Shown one piece after another: positions 46,289 to 55,686 of a DNA stretch of 64,000 bases. The notes under the pieces were generated by a model. That model searched no databases, was not told where the DNA came from, and saw only the letters and a program-made list of their open reading frames with translations. Where the stretch lies: contig CALWVR010000027.1 of NCBI GenBank assembly GCA_944385105.1, positions 96,249-160,248 of the forward strand. Reading direction: 5' to 3'. Source of the stretch: an uncultured Clostridia bacterium (GTDB lineage Bacteria > Bacillota > Clostridia > Oscillospirales > Acutalibacteraceae). A program made the position numbers and the translations under genes. Positions within the stretch are counted from its first letter, which is position 1. Every line of letters begins with the position of its first letter.

Positions 46289-48229
46289 TTATATCTTTTT
46301 TAATTTAGGAATAATGAGAGATATAAAGGTCCAAAGAACATTGTATAAAATAAGTTCTGCCTCCTTCAATTGATTTAATCCAAAGTAAGGAAATAGTATA
46401 CATGTAATAGATAGACTTAAAAGTATGCAAACTACTTGAAAGAATATAGACATATTTATCTTAATATTAGCATTTCTACATAAACATAATGATTTAATAA
46501 GAGACTTTATATTACCAAATGAAGCTATTGAAGCAAATGTTCTACTGTATATTTTATTTTCAATTAATCTAGAATTTAAATTTTCCTCAAATGGTAATAT
46601 TTCGACTATTTCTTCAGAAATATTAAAGTCAAGTGATATTTTATACTTAGAAATATTGCAATCCACATTTCTTATAAGTAACTTTATGTTATTCTTTTCT
46701 AATAATTTTAAGTAATTTAGAAACTTTAAGTTAGGGATATATTCCAAGATAAACATGGCTACAAGTCTCTTACCGACTGCAAAATATGTTAGTTCACGAT
46801 TATTATTTCGGTATTTTTTTTCATAATCTCGGCTAGGGGGAGATATTCTATACTTCTTTAATAAATCTCTATTACCAACTAAAATTCTTTGTCCATTAAC
46901 CCAGCCCACAGCTCCAAGATTATCTTGATATTCAATATCAGAAGCTTTAGTTAGGATTGTTCGTTTTCCTAATATTATTTTATCAAACACTCTACACAAA
47001 GGACCATCAATAGCACATACAACGGCTGCAGCGGATAAGATTGCTTCATCTATTCTTTGCCCGTTAAATGTTTTTATTCCACGCAATACAACATTATCAG
47101 CAGGATAAAGTGAACATTCATTTAAGATTATAGAATTCATTTTAGAAATATTTTTTATACAATTTTCTCCTACAATCATAGAACCACTTTTTAAAGATTT
47201 TTTACAAAGGGAATTTACAAAGAAGTTTACACAAAAAGGAAAAGAAAAAGGAGTACAAATAAGTAGAGAAACGACTAATGAAGTAGTACCATAAATAACG
47301 TTAAAACTATTTATAAAACTAAATGCAAATATAAATATTGAAAAAGTTATTGTAAATGGAATAATTTTAGTAAAAATAGAGTCACTAAAAGAGAACGAAT
47401 TTGAGGAAGCTATAAACGACTGTAAAAAATTTGATTTAGCTTGGTATGCTACATTCAAAAAGTTTTTATTTGTAGCAGTAGTAATACAAGATAAATTGTA
47501 AGAATCTATTTGATATTTTTGCTTCTTAGAAGAAACGAATTTTAAATTTCTTATAATCCTTAATTTGATAAGTAGATAATTAAATACGACTATTAAGAAC
47601 TCAAAAATAAAAAGACCTACATATGACTCATAAAAGGCAGAGCTATTAGAATTATGAACGACTAATGTTGTACAATGTGTTAAAAGAGCAATACAAGATA
47701 AAAAAATAGCACAACTTGGTGTGAACTTTAATTTAATTAAAGATAGAAACCCATCTTTAAGTGTGCTAAAGCCAATAAGTACTGAGAGAAGATATAACAT
47801 ACATGAAATATATGTATATAGTTGTGTTATAGGAACATTAATAAAGCTTAGAAGCACAGAAGAATAACTAGTAATTATAATTGTGGACAAATATAATAAA
47901 AGCAAAATAGATAATCCAATTGACTGAAATTTTAAACTCTTAATCAATTTACGTAGTTCTGATTTAACTTTTGTATAGTCCTTCTCAGACTTATATTCAG
48001 TGTATTTATATGAGTCCTTGTTTATTAAGTAATTAGGTGCTTTATAACTATACGTATGTTTAGTAAACATATTTTTATCAATATTGTCATCTATTTCTAA
48101 TGGACTTGTATTATGAACATTTATCTTATTGTCAGACGTACTAAATATTTCTGTAAAATAATCTTTGCCTGGGGGCTTTTTAGAAAAACAAAAGGATCTT
48201 TTTTTTAATGAACGCAAAATATTACTCAT
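46289..48229 (-). CDS. Polytopic membrane protein related to P1B-type ATPases but lacking catalytic motifs
   Basis: The layout is collinear with heavy-metal P-type ATPases. NECSLY replaces DKTGT, NVDCN replaces TGDN, ICTPFSFPF replaces CPC-ALGLATP, and there is no TGES actuator domain. Confidence 0.5.
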   Translation of the reverse strand: MSNILRSLKKRSFCFSKKPPGKDYFTEIFSTSDNKINVHNTSPLEIDDNIDKNMFTKHTYSYKAPNYLINKDSYKYTEYKSEKDYTKVKSELRKLIKSLKFQSIGLSILLLLYLSTIIITSYSSVLLSFINVPITQLYTYISCMLYLLSVLIGFSTLKDGFLSLIKLKFTPSCAIFLSCIALLTHCTTLVVHNSNSSAFYESYVGLFIFEFLIVVFNYLLIKLRIIRNLKFVSSKKQKYQIDSYNLSCITTATNKNFLNVAYQAKSNFLQSFIASSNSFSFSDSIFTKIIPFTITFSIFIFAFSFINSFNVIYGTTSLVVSLLICTPFSFPFCVNFFVNSLCKKSLKSGSMIVGENCIKNISKMNSIILNECSLYPADNVVLRGIKTFNGQRIDEAILSAAAVVCAIDGPLCRVFDKIILGKRTILTKASDIEYQDNLGAVGWVNGQRILVGNRDLLKKYRISPPSRDYEKKYRNNNRELTYFAVGKRLVAMFILEYIPNLKFLNYLKLLEKNNIKLLIRNVDCNISKYKISLDFNISEEIVEILPFEENLNSRLIENKIYSRTFASIASFGNIKSLIKSLCLCRNANIKINMSIFFQVVCILLSLSITCILFPYFGLNQLKEAELILYNVLWTFISLIIPKLKKI

Positions 48230-48248
48230 TACAATTACTACCTATCTT

Positions 48249-49019
48249 CTAATTTATACTGGACATGTTTAAACGCTGACGGCATACTTCATACATTAAG
48301 ATTCCACCGGCAACAGATGCATTTAAAGAATTTATATTTCCACAGAGTGGCAAAGACAATATATCATCACATTTTTCCTTTACTAATCTGCTAAGCCCTA
48401 ATCCTTCACTTCCTATAACTAGTGCAATAGGACCTTTTAAATCAGTACGGCACCATGCTTGTCCGTTTATATCAGCACCATAAATAAAAATGCCTTTTTT
48501 CTTTAATTCGTCAATGGAATTAGATATGTTAGTAACACGTGCCACTTTCATATACTCTAATGCACCAGCAGAGGCTTTAGAAACGGTGTAATTAAGGCCA
48601 ACACATCTCCTATTTTGTATAATTATTCCGTGAGCTCCAGCACATTCAGCAGAGCGAATTATGGCTCCTAAATTGTGAGGATCTTCTATACAATCAGCTA
48701 TTATAATAAAGGGTGGCTCTGACTTTTCTTCTGCACACTTTAGTATATCATCGATACAAGAGTATTGATAAGCTGCAACTATGGCGATAATGCCTTGATG
48801 TTTACTGTTACCGCATATTGAATCTAACTTTTTAATGTCTACCTCTTTTATAGGAATTTTTAATTCCCTTGCCTTGCTTATAATAGGTAATATAGAACCA
48901 AAGTGTTTTCCTTTGGATATTAATAAGTGATCTATATTTCTACCTGACTTTAAAGCTTCCTTTACTGAATTTCTTCCTATAATTAATTCTTTTTTATTTT
49001 CTAAATTTATGTTTTCCAA
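48249..49019 (-). CDS. rlmB: 23S rRNA (guanosine-2'-O)-methyltransferase, SpoU/TrmH family
   Basis: SpoU_sub_bind-like N-terminus (GRNSVKEAL), then HNLGAIIRSAE, LVIGSEGLGLS and SLNASVAGGILMYE. Confidence 0.85.
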   Translation of the reverse strand: MENINLENKKELIIGRNSVKEALKSGRNIDHLLISKGKHFGSILPIISKARELKIPIKEVDIKKLDSICGNSKHQGIIAIVAAYQYSCIDDILKCAEEKSEPPFIIIADCIEDPHNLGAIIRSAECAGAHGIIIQNRRCVGLNYTVSKASAGALEYMKVARVTNISNSIDELKKKGIFIYGADINGQAWCRTDLKGPIALVIGSEGLGLSRLVKEKCDDILSLPLCGNINSLNASVAGGILMYEVCRQRLNMSSIN

Positions 49020-49212
49020 TTTAAGCTCCTTCCTAGTGCTTTAATGTTATATTAAATGTTTACATAATTATATCATATTTTTTTAAAATATACACTTTTA
49101 AATTTCTATTATATACTTAAAGTTATGAATGTTTAAGATGGCTTTCTTGATTAGGAAAAAGTATGGTGATATAATAAAGCGGTAATTTATTTTGAATGGA
49201 GAAATAAGTATT

Positions 49213-49977
49213 ATGAATTTAGTTTCATGGAATGTAAATGGCTTTAGGGCATGTTTAAATAAGGGATTTATGGACTTTTTTAAAAATAAGAATGCTGACT
49301 TTTTCTGTCTACAAGAAACAAAGATGCAAGAAGGGCAAGTAACTCTTGATTTAGAAGGGTACTACCAATATTTTAATAGCGCAGAGCGAAAGGGATATTC
49401 AGGGACTGCAGTTTTTACAAAGCATAAGCCGCTTGATGTTAAATATGATATTAATATAGAGGAACACTCACATGAAGGAAGAGTTATAACCCTTGAAATG
49501 AATAATTTTTATTTAGTGAATTGTTATACCCCTAATTCTAAAGAAAAATTAGCAAGGATAGACTATAGGATGAAGTGGGAAGATGATTTTAGAAAATACT
49601 TATTGGAATTGGATACTAAAAAGCCAGTGATATTATGCGGAGATCTAAATGTGGCACATAATGAGATTGATCTTAAAAATCCTAAAACTAATCATAAAAA
49701 TGCAGGTTTTTCTGATGAAGAAAGAGGTAAAATGACAGAACTTTTGTCTTCTGGATTTATAGATACATTTAGGTATCTTTATAAAGATGTAGCGAATAAG
49801 TATACTTGGTGGTCCTATAGATTTAATGCTAGAAAGAATAATTCTGGTTGGCGTATTGACTATTTTATTGTCTCTGATAGAATAAAAGACATAGTCATGG
49901 ACTCTATAATTCATGATGACATACAAGGAAGTGATCACTGTCCAGTTGAACTTATAATAAAGGAGGAAGAGATTTGA
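49213..49977 (+). CDS. xth: Exodeoxyribonuclease III (AP endonuclease)
   Basis: SWNVNG, LQETK, GDLNVAH and SDHCPV motifs. ATG 49213 follows GGAGAA; the track ORF starts at 49192. Confidence 0.92.
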   Translation: MNLVSWNVNGFRACLNKGFMDFFKNKNADFFCLQETKMQEGQVTLDLEGYYQYFNSAERKGYSGTAVFTKHKPLDVKYDINIEEHSHEGRVITLEMNNFYLVNCYTPNSKEKLARIDYRMKWEDDFRKYLLELDTKKPVILCGDLNVAHNEIDLKNPKTNHKNAGFSDEERGKMTELLSSGFIDTFRYLYKDVANKYTWWSYRFNARKNNSGWRIDYFIVSDRIKDIVMDSIIHDDIQGSDHCPVELIIKEEEI

Positions 49978-50291
49978 AACGTTCAATGAAAGCGGCATTT
50001 TCATATGTGGGTCTATTTATAACAGGACTAACTTTTTTAGTTATAGAAAAGGAGGACATTTTTATAAGAAAAAGTGCAGCTCAATCTACAGTGCTAGGTT
50101 TTTTTATATTCGCCTTACAACTAATAGTTAATTTTATTCCTTTTATTGGCTGGTTTCTTAATTTAATACTTTATGTGTTAGCTCTTATTATTTTAATTAT
50201 TCTAATAATTAAAGCTAGTAGTGGCATATATTATAAGTTACCTATTATTGGAGATATTTCAGAAAAGTATGTGCTAAGTTGGTTTAAGTAA
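49974..50291 (+). CDS. Small 3-TM membrane protein (DUF4870-like)
   Basis: 105 aa with three hydrophobic helices. It has a TTG start overlapping the xth stop. The family assignment is from memory of the pattern only. Confidence 0.45.
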   Translation: MKRSMKAAFSYVGLFITGLTFLVIEKEDIFIRKSAAQSTVLGFFIFALQLIVNFIPFIGWFLNLILYVLALIILIILIIKASSGIYYKLPIIGDISEKYVLSWFK

Positions 50292-50313
50292 TTTTTATAG
50301 GGAGTGAAGTAAA

Positions 50314-51378
50314 ATGATCGAGGTAAAAAATATTAGCAAGAAATATGGCTCTAAGCTAGCTCTTGATAACATTAATTTTTCATTAAAGGATGGAGAAATT
50401 TTAGGATTTTTGGGTCCTAATGGAGCAGGAAAAAGCACAACCATGAATATAATTACTGGATATATATCATCTACAACTGGCACGGTAATGGTTGACGAAG
50501 ACGAAATAATGGAAAATCCAATTAATGTAAAAAAGAAAATAGGATACCTTCCAGAGCAACCACCTTTGTACCAGGATATGACTGTTAAAGAGTATTTAAG
50601 TTTTATGTATGACCTTAAAAAAGTTAAGTTGAATAAGAAAGAGCATATAGAGTCCATATGCAATCTTGTGAAGATTAGTGATGTATATGATAGGCTAATC
50701 AAGAATTTATCAAAAGGATATAAACAAAGAGTAGGCATAGCGCAGGCTTTGCTAGGTGATCCAGAGGTATTAATATTAGATGAGCCAACAGTAGGACTTG
50801 ATCCAAACCAAATAATGGAGATAAGAAGTCTTATAAAAAGGCTAGGGGAAAAACACACTATTATATTGTCATCTCATATTTTGTCAGAAATCCAGTCAGT
50901 TTGTAGTAGAATAATAGTTATAGATAAAGGTAAAATTGTAGCTGATGATACTGCAAGTAACTTATCTTCATCCTTATCTATGGACTCTAGACTATTAATA
51001 TCTATAGAAGGTGAACCTAATGATGTAATAGAATCTTTAAAGGATATAGAAGGAGTAAAGACAGTGGTATTAGGTGAACAGAAAGACCAAAATACTTTTG
51101 AGTATATTGTTACTTATGATAAGAATATAGATGTAAGAAAGAATGTTTTCTCAGTAATGGCTCAGAAGGAGTGTCCTATAGTTTCTATGAATAATGTTGA
51201 TATGAGTCTTGAGGATATATTTTTGAGATTAACACAAGGCGATGAGGAAGTAGTAGAAGAAAAAAGTGTAACAGATGAAATGCCAGATAATGACAAAGTA
51301 TCTGAAGAAAAAAACAATAAAATTTTAGAACAAGAAGAAAACTTAGACAAAGAACAAAAGGACGGGAGTGAAGAATAA
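50314..51378 (+). CDS. ABC-2-type transporter ATP-binding protein (GldA-like) with acidic C-terminal tail
   Basis: Walker A GPNGAGKST, signature LSKGYKQRV, Walker B ILDEPTVGLD, and a C-terminal extension of about 50 aa rich in Glu, Asp and Lys. Confidence 0.9.
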   Translation: MIEVKNISKKYGSKLALDNINFSLKDGEILGFLGPNGAGKSTTMNIITGYISSTTGTVMVDEDEIMENPINVKKKIGYLPEQPPLYQDMTVKEYLSFMYDLKKVKLNKKEHIESICNLVKISDVYDRLIKNLSKGYKQRVGIAQALLGDPEVLILDEPTVGLDPNQIMEIRSLIKRLGEKHTIILSSHILSEIQSVCSRIIVIDKGKIVADDTASNLSSSLSMDSRLLISIEGEPNDVIESLKDIEGVKTVVLGEQKDQNTFEYIVTYDKNIDVRKNVFSVMAQKECPIVSMNNVDMSLEDIFLRLTQGDEEVVEEKSVTDEMPDNDKVSEEKNNKILEQEENLDKEQKDGSEE

Positions 51379-52082
51379 TGTTAGCAATAATGAAACGAGA
51401 ATTTTCATCATATTTTTTATCAGCGATAGGCTATATAATTTTGTCAGTATTTTATGTATTTGGTGGTTTTTATTTTTATGCAATATCACTTTTGAACAAT
51501 ACGACCAGCCTTACATATGTGTTTAACAGCCTATTTGTAATACTAATATTTCTAATACCAATTTTAACAATGAGACTTTTTAGTGAAGAAAAAAAGCAAA
51601 AGACAGAGCAGGCATTACTAACAGCACCAGTTAATCTTTGGGAGATAGTGTTAGGAAAATATGTAGCAGCTTTACTTATGTTTTTAATTTGTATAGTAGT
51701 TACTATTTTTTATGCCATAACAATATCATTCTTTAATATGCCGTCGTGGTCTACTATATTTGGAAGCTTTATAGGTCTTTTTTTATTAGGAGCTTCTTTA
51801 ATTTCCATAGGAATGTTCTTTTCTTCTATTACAGAGAATCAAATAATAGCTGCAGTAAGTGCTATTGCAGTTGGTGTGTTTATATTACTTATAGACTCAA
51901 TTTCACAATCAATGTCTATTAGCTTTATAAGAAATATTTTAAACAGTGTGTCCTTTATGTCTAGATACAATAATTTTAATGTGGGAGTTATAAATTTAAC
52001 AGATGTAGTGTTTTTTATAAGTGTGTGCTTTATATTTAACTTTTTGACTATAAGAGTATTTGAAAAGAAAAGATGGAGCTAA
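51378..52082 (+). CDS. ABC-2 family permease (GldF-like)
   Basis: 234 aa with six hydrophobic segments. Its start overlaps the stop of the ATPase gene. Confidence 0.8.
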   Translation: MLAIMKREFSSYFLSAIGYIILSVFYVFGGFYFYAISLLNNTTSLTYVFNSLFVILIFLIPILTMRLFSEEKKQKTEQALLTAPVNLWEIVLGKYVAALLMFLICIVVTIFYAITISFFNMPSWSTIFGSFIGLFLLGASLISIGMFFSSITENQIIAAVSAIAVGVFILLIDSISQSMSISFIRNILNSVSFMSRYNNFNVGVINLTDVVFFISVCFIFNFLTIRVFEKKRWS

Positions 52083-52098
52083 GGGGAGGAATAGTATA

Positions 52099-53535
52099 AT
52101 GAACGATAATAAGTCACAAAAAGCATCTTATTTTAAGACTAAGAAATTTAAAGTTGGTAGTACAGCTACGTTGATAACTGTAGTGGTTATAGCAATTGTA
52201 ATAGTACTGAATTTAATAGTTGGAAGTCTTTCAAAAAATTATAATTTAAGTTTAGACTTAACCCCTAATAAGGCATTTTCATTAACTAAGCCTACAATTG
52301 ATTTTTTAAAGTCCCTAAATAAAGATGTAAATATTATTTTATTGGGAGAAGAAAGTGAGTTTTCTAAAGGCAATGAATACTTTATGCAAGCTAATTCTGT
52401 AATAAACCAATATGCGAAAACTTCTGAAAAAATAAGAATAGAGTATGTTGACACGGTGAGGAACCCCTCTTATTTAAATGACTATAGAAATGATAATCTT
52501 ACTCAGAACAGTGTAATAGTAAGAAGTGGAGATAAATATAGGGTTATAACAATTCAGGACCTATTTGATATACAATATAGTTATTACGGGAGCAATATAA
52601 CAGGCTCGAAAGCAGAGCAAGAATTAACTTCTGCTATTGTTTACGTTACTAGCGATGATCAAATTAAGATAGCTGTTTTAAATGGGTATGGTGAAGGTGA
52701 ATCTCATGAATTTATAGAGCTACTAAGAAAAAACAATTTTGATATTATAGAGGTGTCTATACTTACGGAAGATATACCTGAGTCTGCAGCACTTGCATTA
52801 ATCTATGGTCCAGAGAGAGACTATGATGAGAAAACAATAGAAAAAGTAAATAAGTTTTTGTCATTAGGGAATAAGGCCCTATTTTATGCCGTTAACCCAG
52901 CTCAGCCAGAAGCGCCAAATATTGCATCATTGATAAATAAATGTGGAATAAAAGTAAACGAAGGATTAGTGTATGAGACGAATACACAAAGAATTTTATC
53001 AAATCCACTTGAAGCTGTAGTGGATTATGTTGATGAAGAGTATAAATCTAATCTTACAAACTCGAATATACCAGTTCTTGTGCCAGCTAGCAGGCCAATT
53101 GAGGTGCAGGGAAATGATGTGCGTGTTCTTTTGCAATATTCAAAAGATTCAGGAATTCTTCCAAAAGATGCAGGTAAGGACTTTAATTATAGGGAGAATA
53201 TATCAGGACCAATTCCAGCTCTAGTGTTGTCTGATCTTAGTGTTTCAGAAGACTTAAGATCAAAAGTCTGTGTACTAGGTTCCTATGGAGCTCTAACGGG
53301 TGAATGTTTGTCAGCTAATGCTCTTAACAATTCTACTTATTTTATAAATGTAATAAATAAACTTACAGATAAAGAGGATAACTCAATTATAATAGAGTCT
53401 AAAACTTTAGGTGGAGAGGAACTCGGAATAAATAAGGCCCAAGCTAATGTTATAGGAATTCTTTATTCTGCTGTTTTGCCTATTTTTATACTGATATTAG
53501 GAACGATAGTATTTATAAGAAGGAAAAATAAATAA
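52099..53535 (+). CDS. GldG-like ABC-transport auxiliary protein (N- and C-terminal TM anchors)
   Basis: ATG 52099 follows AAGGGGAGGA. TM helices lie at both ends around a large extracytoplasmic domain. Position after the GldA/GldF-like pair. Confidence 0.65.
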   Translation: MNDNKSQKASYFKTKKFKVGSTATLITVVVIAIVIVLNLIVGSLSKNYNLSLDLTPNKAFSLTKPTIDFLKSLNKDVNIILLGEESEFSKGNEYFMQANSVINQYAKTSEKIRIEYVDTVRNPSYLNDYRNDNLTQNSVIVRSGDKYRVITIQDLFDIQYSYYGSNITGSKAEQELTSAIVYVTSDDQIKIAVLNGYGEGESHEFIELLRKNNFDIIEVSILTEDIPESAALALIYGPERDYDEKTIEKVNKFLSLGNKALFYAVNPAQPEAPNIASLINKCGIKVNEGLVYETNTQRILSNPLEAVVDYVDEEYKSNLTNSNIPVLVPASRPIEVQGNDVRVLLQYSKDSGILPKDAGKDFNYRENISGPIPALVLSDLSVSEDLRSKVCVLGSYGALTGECLSANALNNSTYFINVINKLTDKEDNSIIIESKTLGGEELGINKAQANVIGILYSAVLPIFILILGTIVFIRRKNK

Positions 53536-53553
53536 TGCGGTGGGTGACTCATT

Positions 53554-54111
53554 GTGAATAAAGGGACAAAAACTCTTATATTTTTATCTATTGTATTAAT
53601 TTTATTTGTTGGGATTTTTATAGCAACTTCAAAGGTTGAAAAGAATAAAACAGACGATAATATGCAGCAGAATAATAATTCTATTTCATTAGGTATATCA
53701 GATAAGAATATAAATTTTGTAGATGTTAAGAATCAAGTAGACCAATATACAGTAAAAGTAGAAAGGGATGAGGGAAAAGAAACTTATTTTATATTAAATG
53801 AGAATAGAGAAGTATCACAAAGTATGCTTGAAATATTCATGGATACCTTAAAGAACATGAAACCACTGCAAATAGTTGATGAAACAAGTGAAGAGCTTTC
53901 TAAGTATGGTCTAGACCATGAAAATGCAAGTATAAATATAGTCTTTGAAGATGGAACTAATATGACTTTAAAGTTAGGGAATGACGCCCCGCTGTCGCAA
54001 GGAGCGTATATGCTTAGTGGTATAGATGGAAAGGTATACCTAATTTTGGAAAGTGATAAAGAAATATTTTTAAACACAAAGGAGTTTTATCTTAATCCTA
54101 AAAATGATTAA
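53554..54111 (+). CDS. DUF4340-like anchored protein
   Basis: GTG start and an N-terminal anchor. The context GldA-GldF-GldG-DUF4340 is a recurring cassette. This protein looks shorter than typical. Confidence 0.5.
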   Translation: MNKGTKTLIFLSIVLILFVGIFIATSKVEKNKTDDNMQQNNNSISLGISDKNINFVDVKNQVDQYTVKVERDEGKETYFILNENREVSQSMLEIFMDTLKNMKPLQIVDETSEELSKYGLDHENASINIVFEDGTNMTLKLGNDAPLSQGAYMLSGIDGKVYLILESDKEIFLNTKEFYLNPKND

Positions 54112-54116
54112 AATGG

Positions 54117-54160
54117 TCCCACTATGCTGTTATGTATTAGTATAGTGGGATTTAATTTTA
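54117..54160 (+). terminator. Rho-independent terminator
   Basis: Hairpin TCCCACTAT...ATAGTGGGA followed by a T-rich tract. Confidence 0.7.
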
Positions 54161-54195
54161 AAATAGTAATAATTTTTTAAATTTTAAAAAAAGTG

Positions 54196-54224
54196 TTGAC
54201 AAGTGAAGCATAATGTGATAAAGT
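54196..54224 (+). promoter_or_regulatory. SigmaA promoter for the tRNA pair
   Basis: TTGACA, a 17-nt spacer with TG-a, then TAAAGT. It lies about 27 nt upstream of tRNA-Thr. Confidence 0.6.
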
Positions 54225-54250
54225 AATAAACTGTAGGGAGTAAACTGTGC

Positions 54251-54326
54251 GCTGGTGTAGCTCAGTTGGTAGAGCAGCTGATTTGTAATCAGCAGGTCGG
54301 GGGTTCAAGTCCGTCCACCAGCTCCA
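54251..54326 (+). tRNA. tRNA-Thr (anticodon UGU), CCA encoded
   Basis: Manual fold gives acceptor GCTGGTG/CACCAGC, a D arm GCTC-AGTTGGTA-GAGC, an anticodon stem GCTGA/TCAGC with loop TTTGTAA, a T loop TTCAAGT, and a 3' TCCA. There is one mismatch in the T stem. Confidence 0.88.
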
Positions 54327-54436
54327 TTTAGTTTATAGGGGTACAATATTGTTCCTTTAAGTAATTAATTAGCGTGAAGCTTTATATTTTTATTATAAGC
54401 TAACGTTTTAAATTAATAGATTCAGGGATTTTATTT

Positions 54437-54521
54437 GGGAGATTTCCCGAGTGGCCAAAGGGGGCAGACTGTAAATCTGTTGTCTCTGACTTCGGTGGTT
54501 CGAATCCACCATCTCCCACCA
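54437..54521 (+). tRNA. tRNA-Tyr (anticodon GUA), long variable arm, CCA encoded
   Basis: Acceptor GGGAGAT/ATCTCCC, anticodon loop CTGTAAA, a class II variable arm, and T arm GGTGG-TTCGAAT-CCACC. Confidence 0.9.
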
Positions 54522-54549
54522 ATTATTATAGTTACTTAGGTAATGTATT

Positions 54550-54586
54550 AAAGAGCTTTGAGAAATCAAAGCTCTTTAATATTTTT
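54550..54586 (+). terminator. Terminator after the tRNA pair
   Basis: Hairpin AAAGAGCTTTG...CAAAGCTCTTT followed by a T-run. Confidence 0.8.
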
Positions 54587-55054
54587 AAAGTAAAAATAGT
54601 TTGCGTTTTTATACATTCCATGTGCATACAAGATGGTGTGACATTAATCAGATAATTACTGTATGTTTGGAGTTTATGTATAAAAGCAAGCATGGCATGC
54701 ACCTATTCTAAACAATGCAAATGCAATTATTGTTATGAGAGAAGTTTCAATGTATATACAAAATAAAGGCTTGTTGCTGCTTCTAAAAATAAGGATAAGG
54801 TTTATTAAGAGGCATAATGAAGTATTTAATTTACTTGTTAATCAACTAAGTAAAACTGAAAAATTCATTTTTCAGTCTATGCATGTTAAAGGCTTAGCAA
54901 CAAAGATGTACAGAATTACAAATATAAAAATACTGATACCCATGCAGATAGTGAGGTTAGCTAATGCTAAACAAATATATTGTAAAGTTTTATATAGCTT
55001 GACGTAATTTTTAAATATAGTTATAATGCAAGGAAATAGAAAAAGAAGTGTTAT

Positions 55055-55342
55055 ATGAGGTTATATTGGAAGGAAAAAACAAATTTACATAAGGTATTGT
55101 CAGTTATAAGTGCTGTAGCAAGACTTATTTTTGTTTTAATTGTCATGCTTGAGATATTTGGTGTATTGAGTTGGGATGAGTGCTCCAACAAATCTTGATT
55201 GATTTTAGATATTTCTCTAATTTCACAATCAATTCTTATTTGGAAGAACAACCGTAATGTTGCTATTTTTATGTTGTGTGTGGGAATATTTAGTTTAGTA
55301 GTCATTGTAATAGGGGTTTTATTAGGCAATGGGAGTCTTTAA
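55055..55342 (+). pseudogene. Small membrane-protein ORF interrupted by one in-frame TGA (47 codons, stop, 47 codons)
   Basis: Hand translation gives MRLYWKEKTNLHKVLSVISAVARLIFVLIVMLEIFGVLSWDECSNKS*LILDISLISQSILIWKNNRNVAIFMLCVGIFSLVVIVIGVLLGNGSL. Both halves are in the same frame and both contain TM-like helices. Confidence 0.3.
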
Positions 55343-55617
55343 AGATTATGCGCGCTATGAGTTTTCATGTAGAACGATCCAATAAACCAGTGTTATAGAT
55401 GCTCCTGTGTAATTTTAATAAATGTAAGAGCTTATGAAAAAGGTGTATTTACGGAACATTCTAATTCAATATTTTAATAATCTATTATAAGTTAGAGATT
55501 GATATTTTTAATATTCATCTCTACTTTGTATATAAATCAATATAATATATAAATTTATATAAAAAGTCTATATAATTAGATATATTATCAATTAAGATAA
55601 ATTTTACAATAAAAATG

Positions 55618-55645
55618 TTGACTATTTCGAAAAAATATGTATAAT
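55618..55645 (+). promoter_or_regulatory. Strong sigmaA-type promoter for the orphan precursor
   Basis: TTGACT, a 16-nt spacer, then TATAAT. The RBS GAGGAGGAGA follows. Confidence 0.6.
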
Positions 55646-55686
55646 TTAATTAAATAAAGATTTATTTTAAGAGGAGGAGAAGGCTT

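Noticed and set aside
50295-50858. 187-aa minus-strand ORF
   Set aside because: It is antisense to a canonical ABC ATPase with complete Walker and signature motifs, and has no independent support.
54735-55329. Track ORFs 54735-55007 (+) and 55051-55329 (-)
   Set aside because: They have no RBS, a low-complexity Ile/Lys/Asn composition and no motif. The minus ORF overlaps a more protein-like, TGA-interrupted plus-strand frame. I treat the region as decayed or non-coding.
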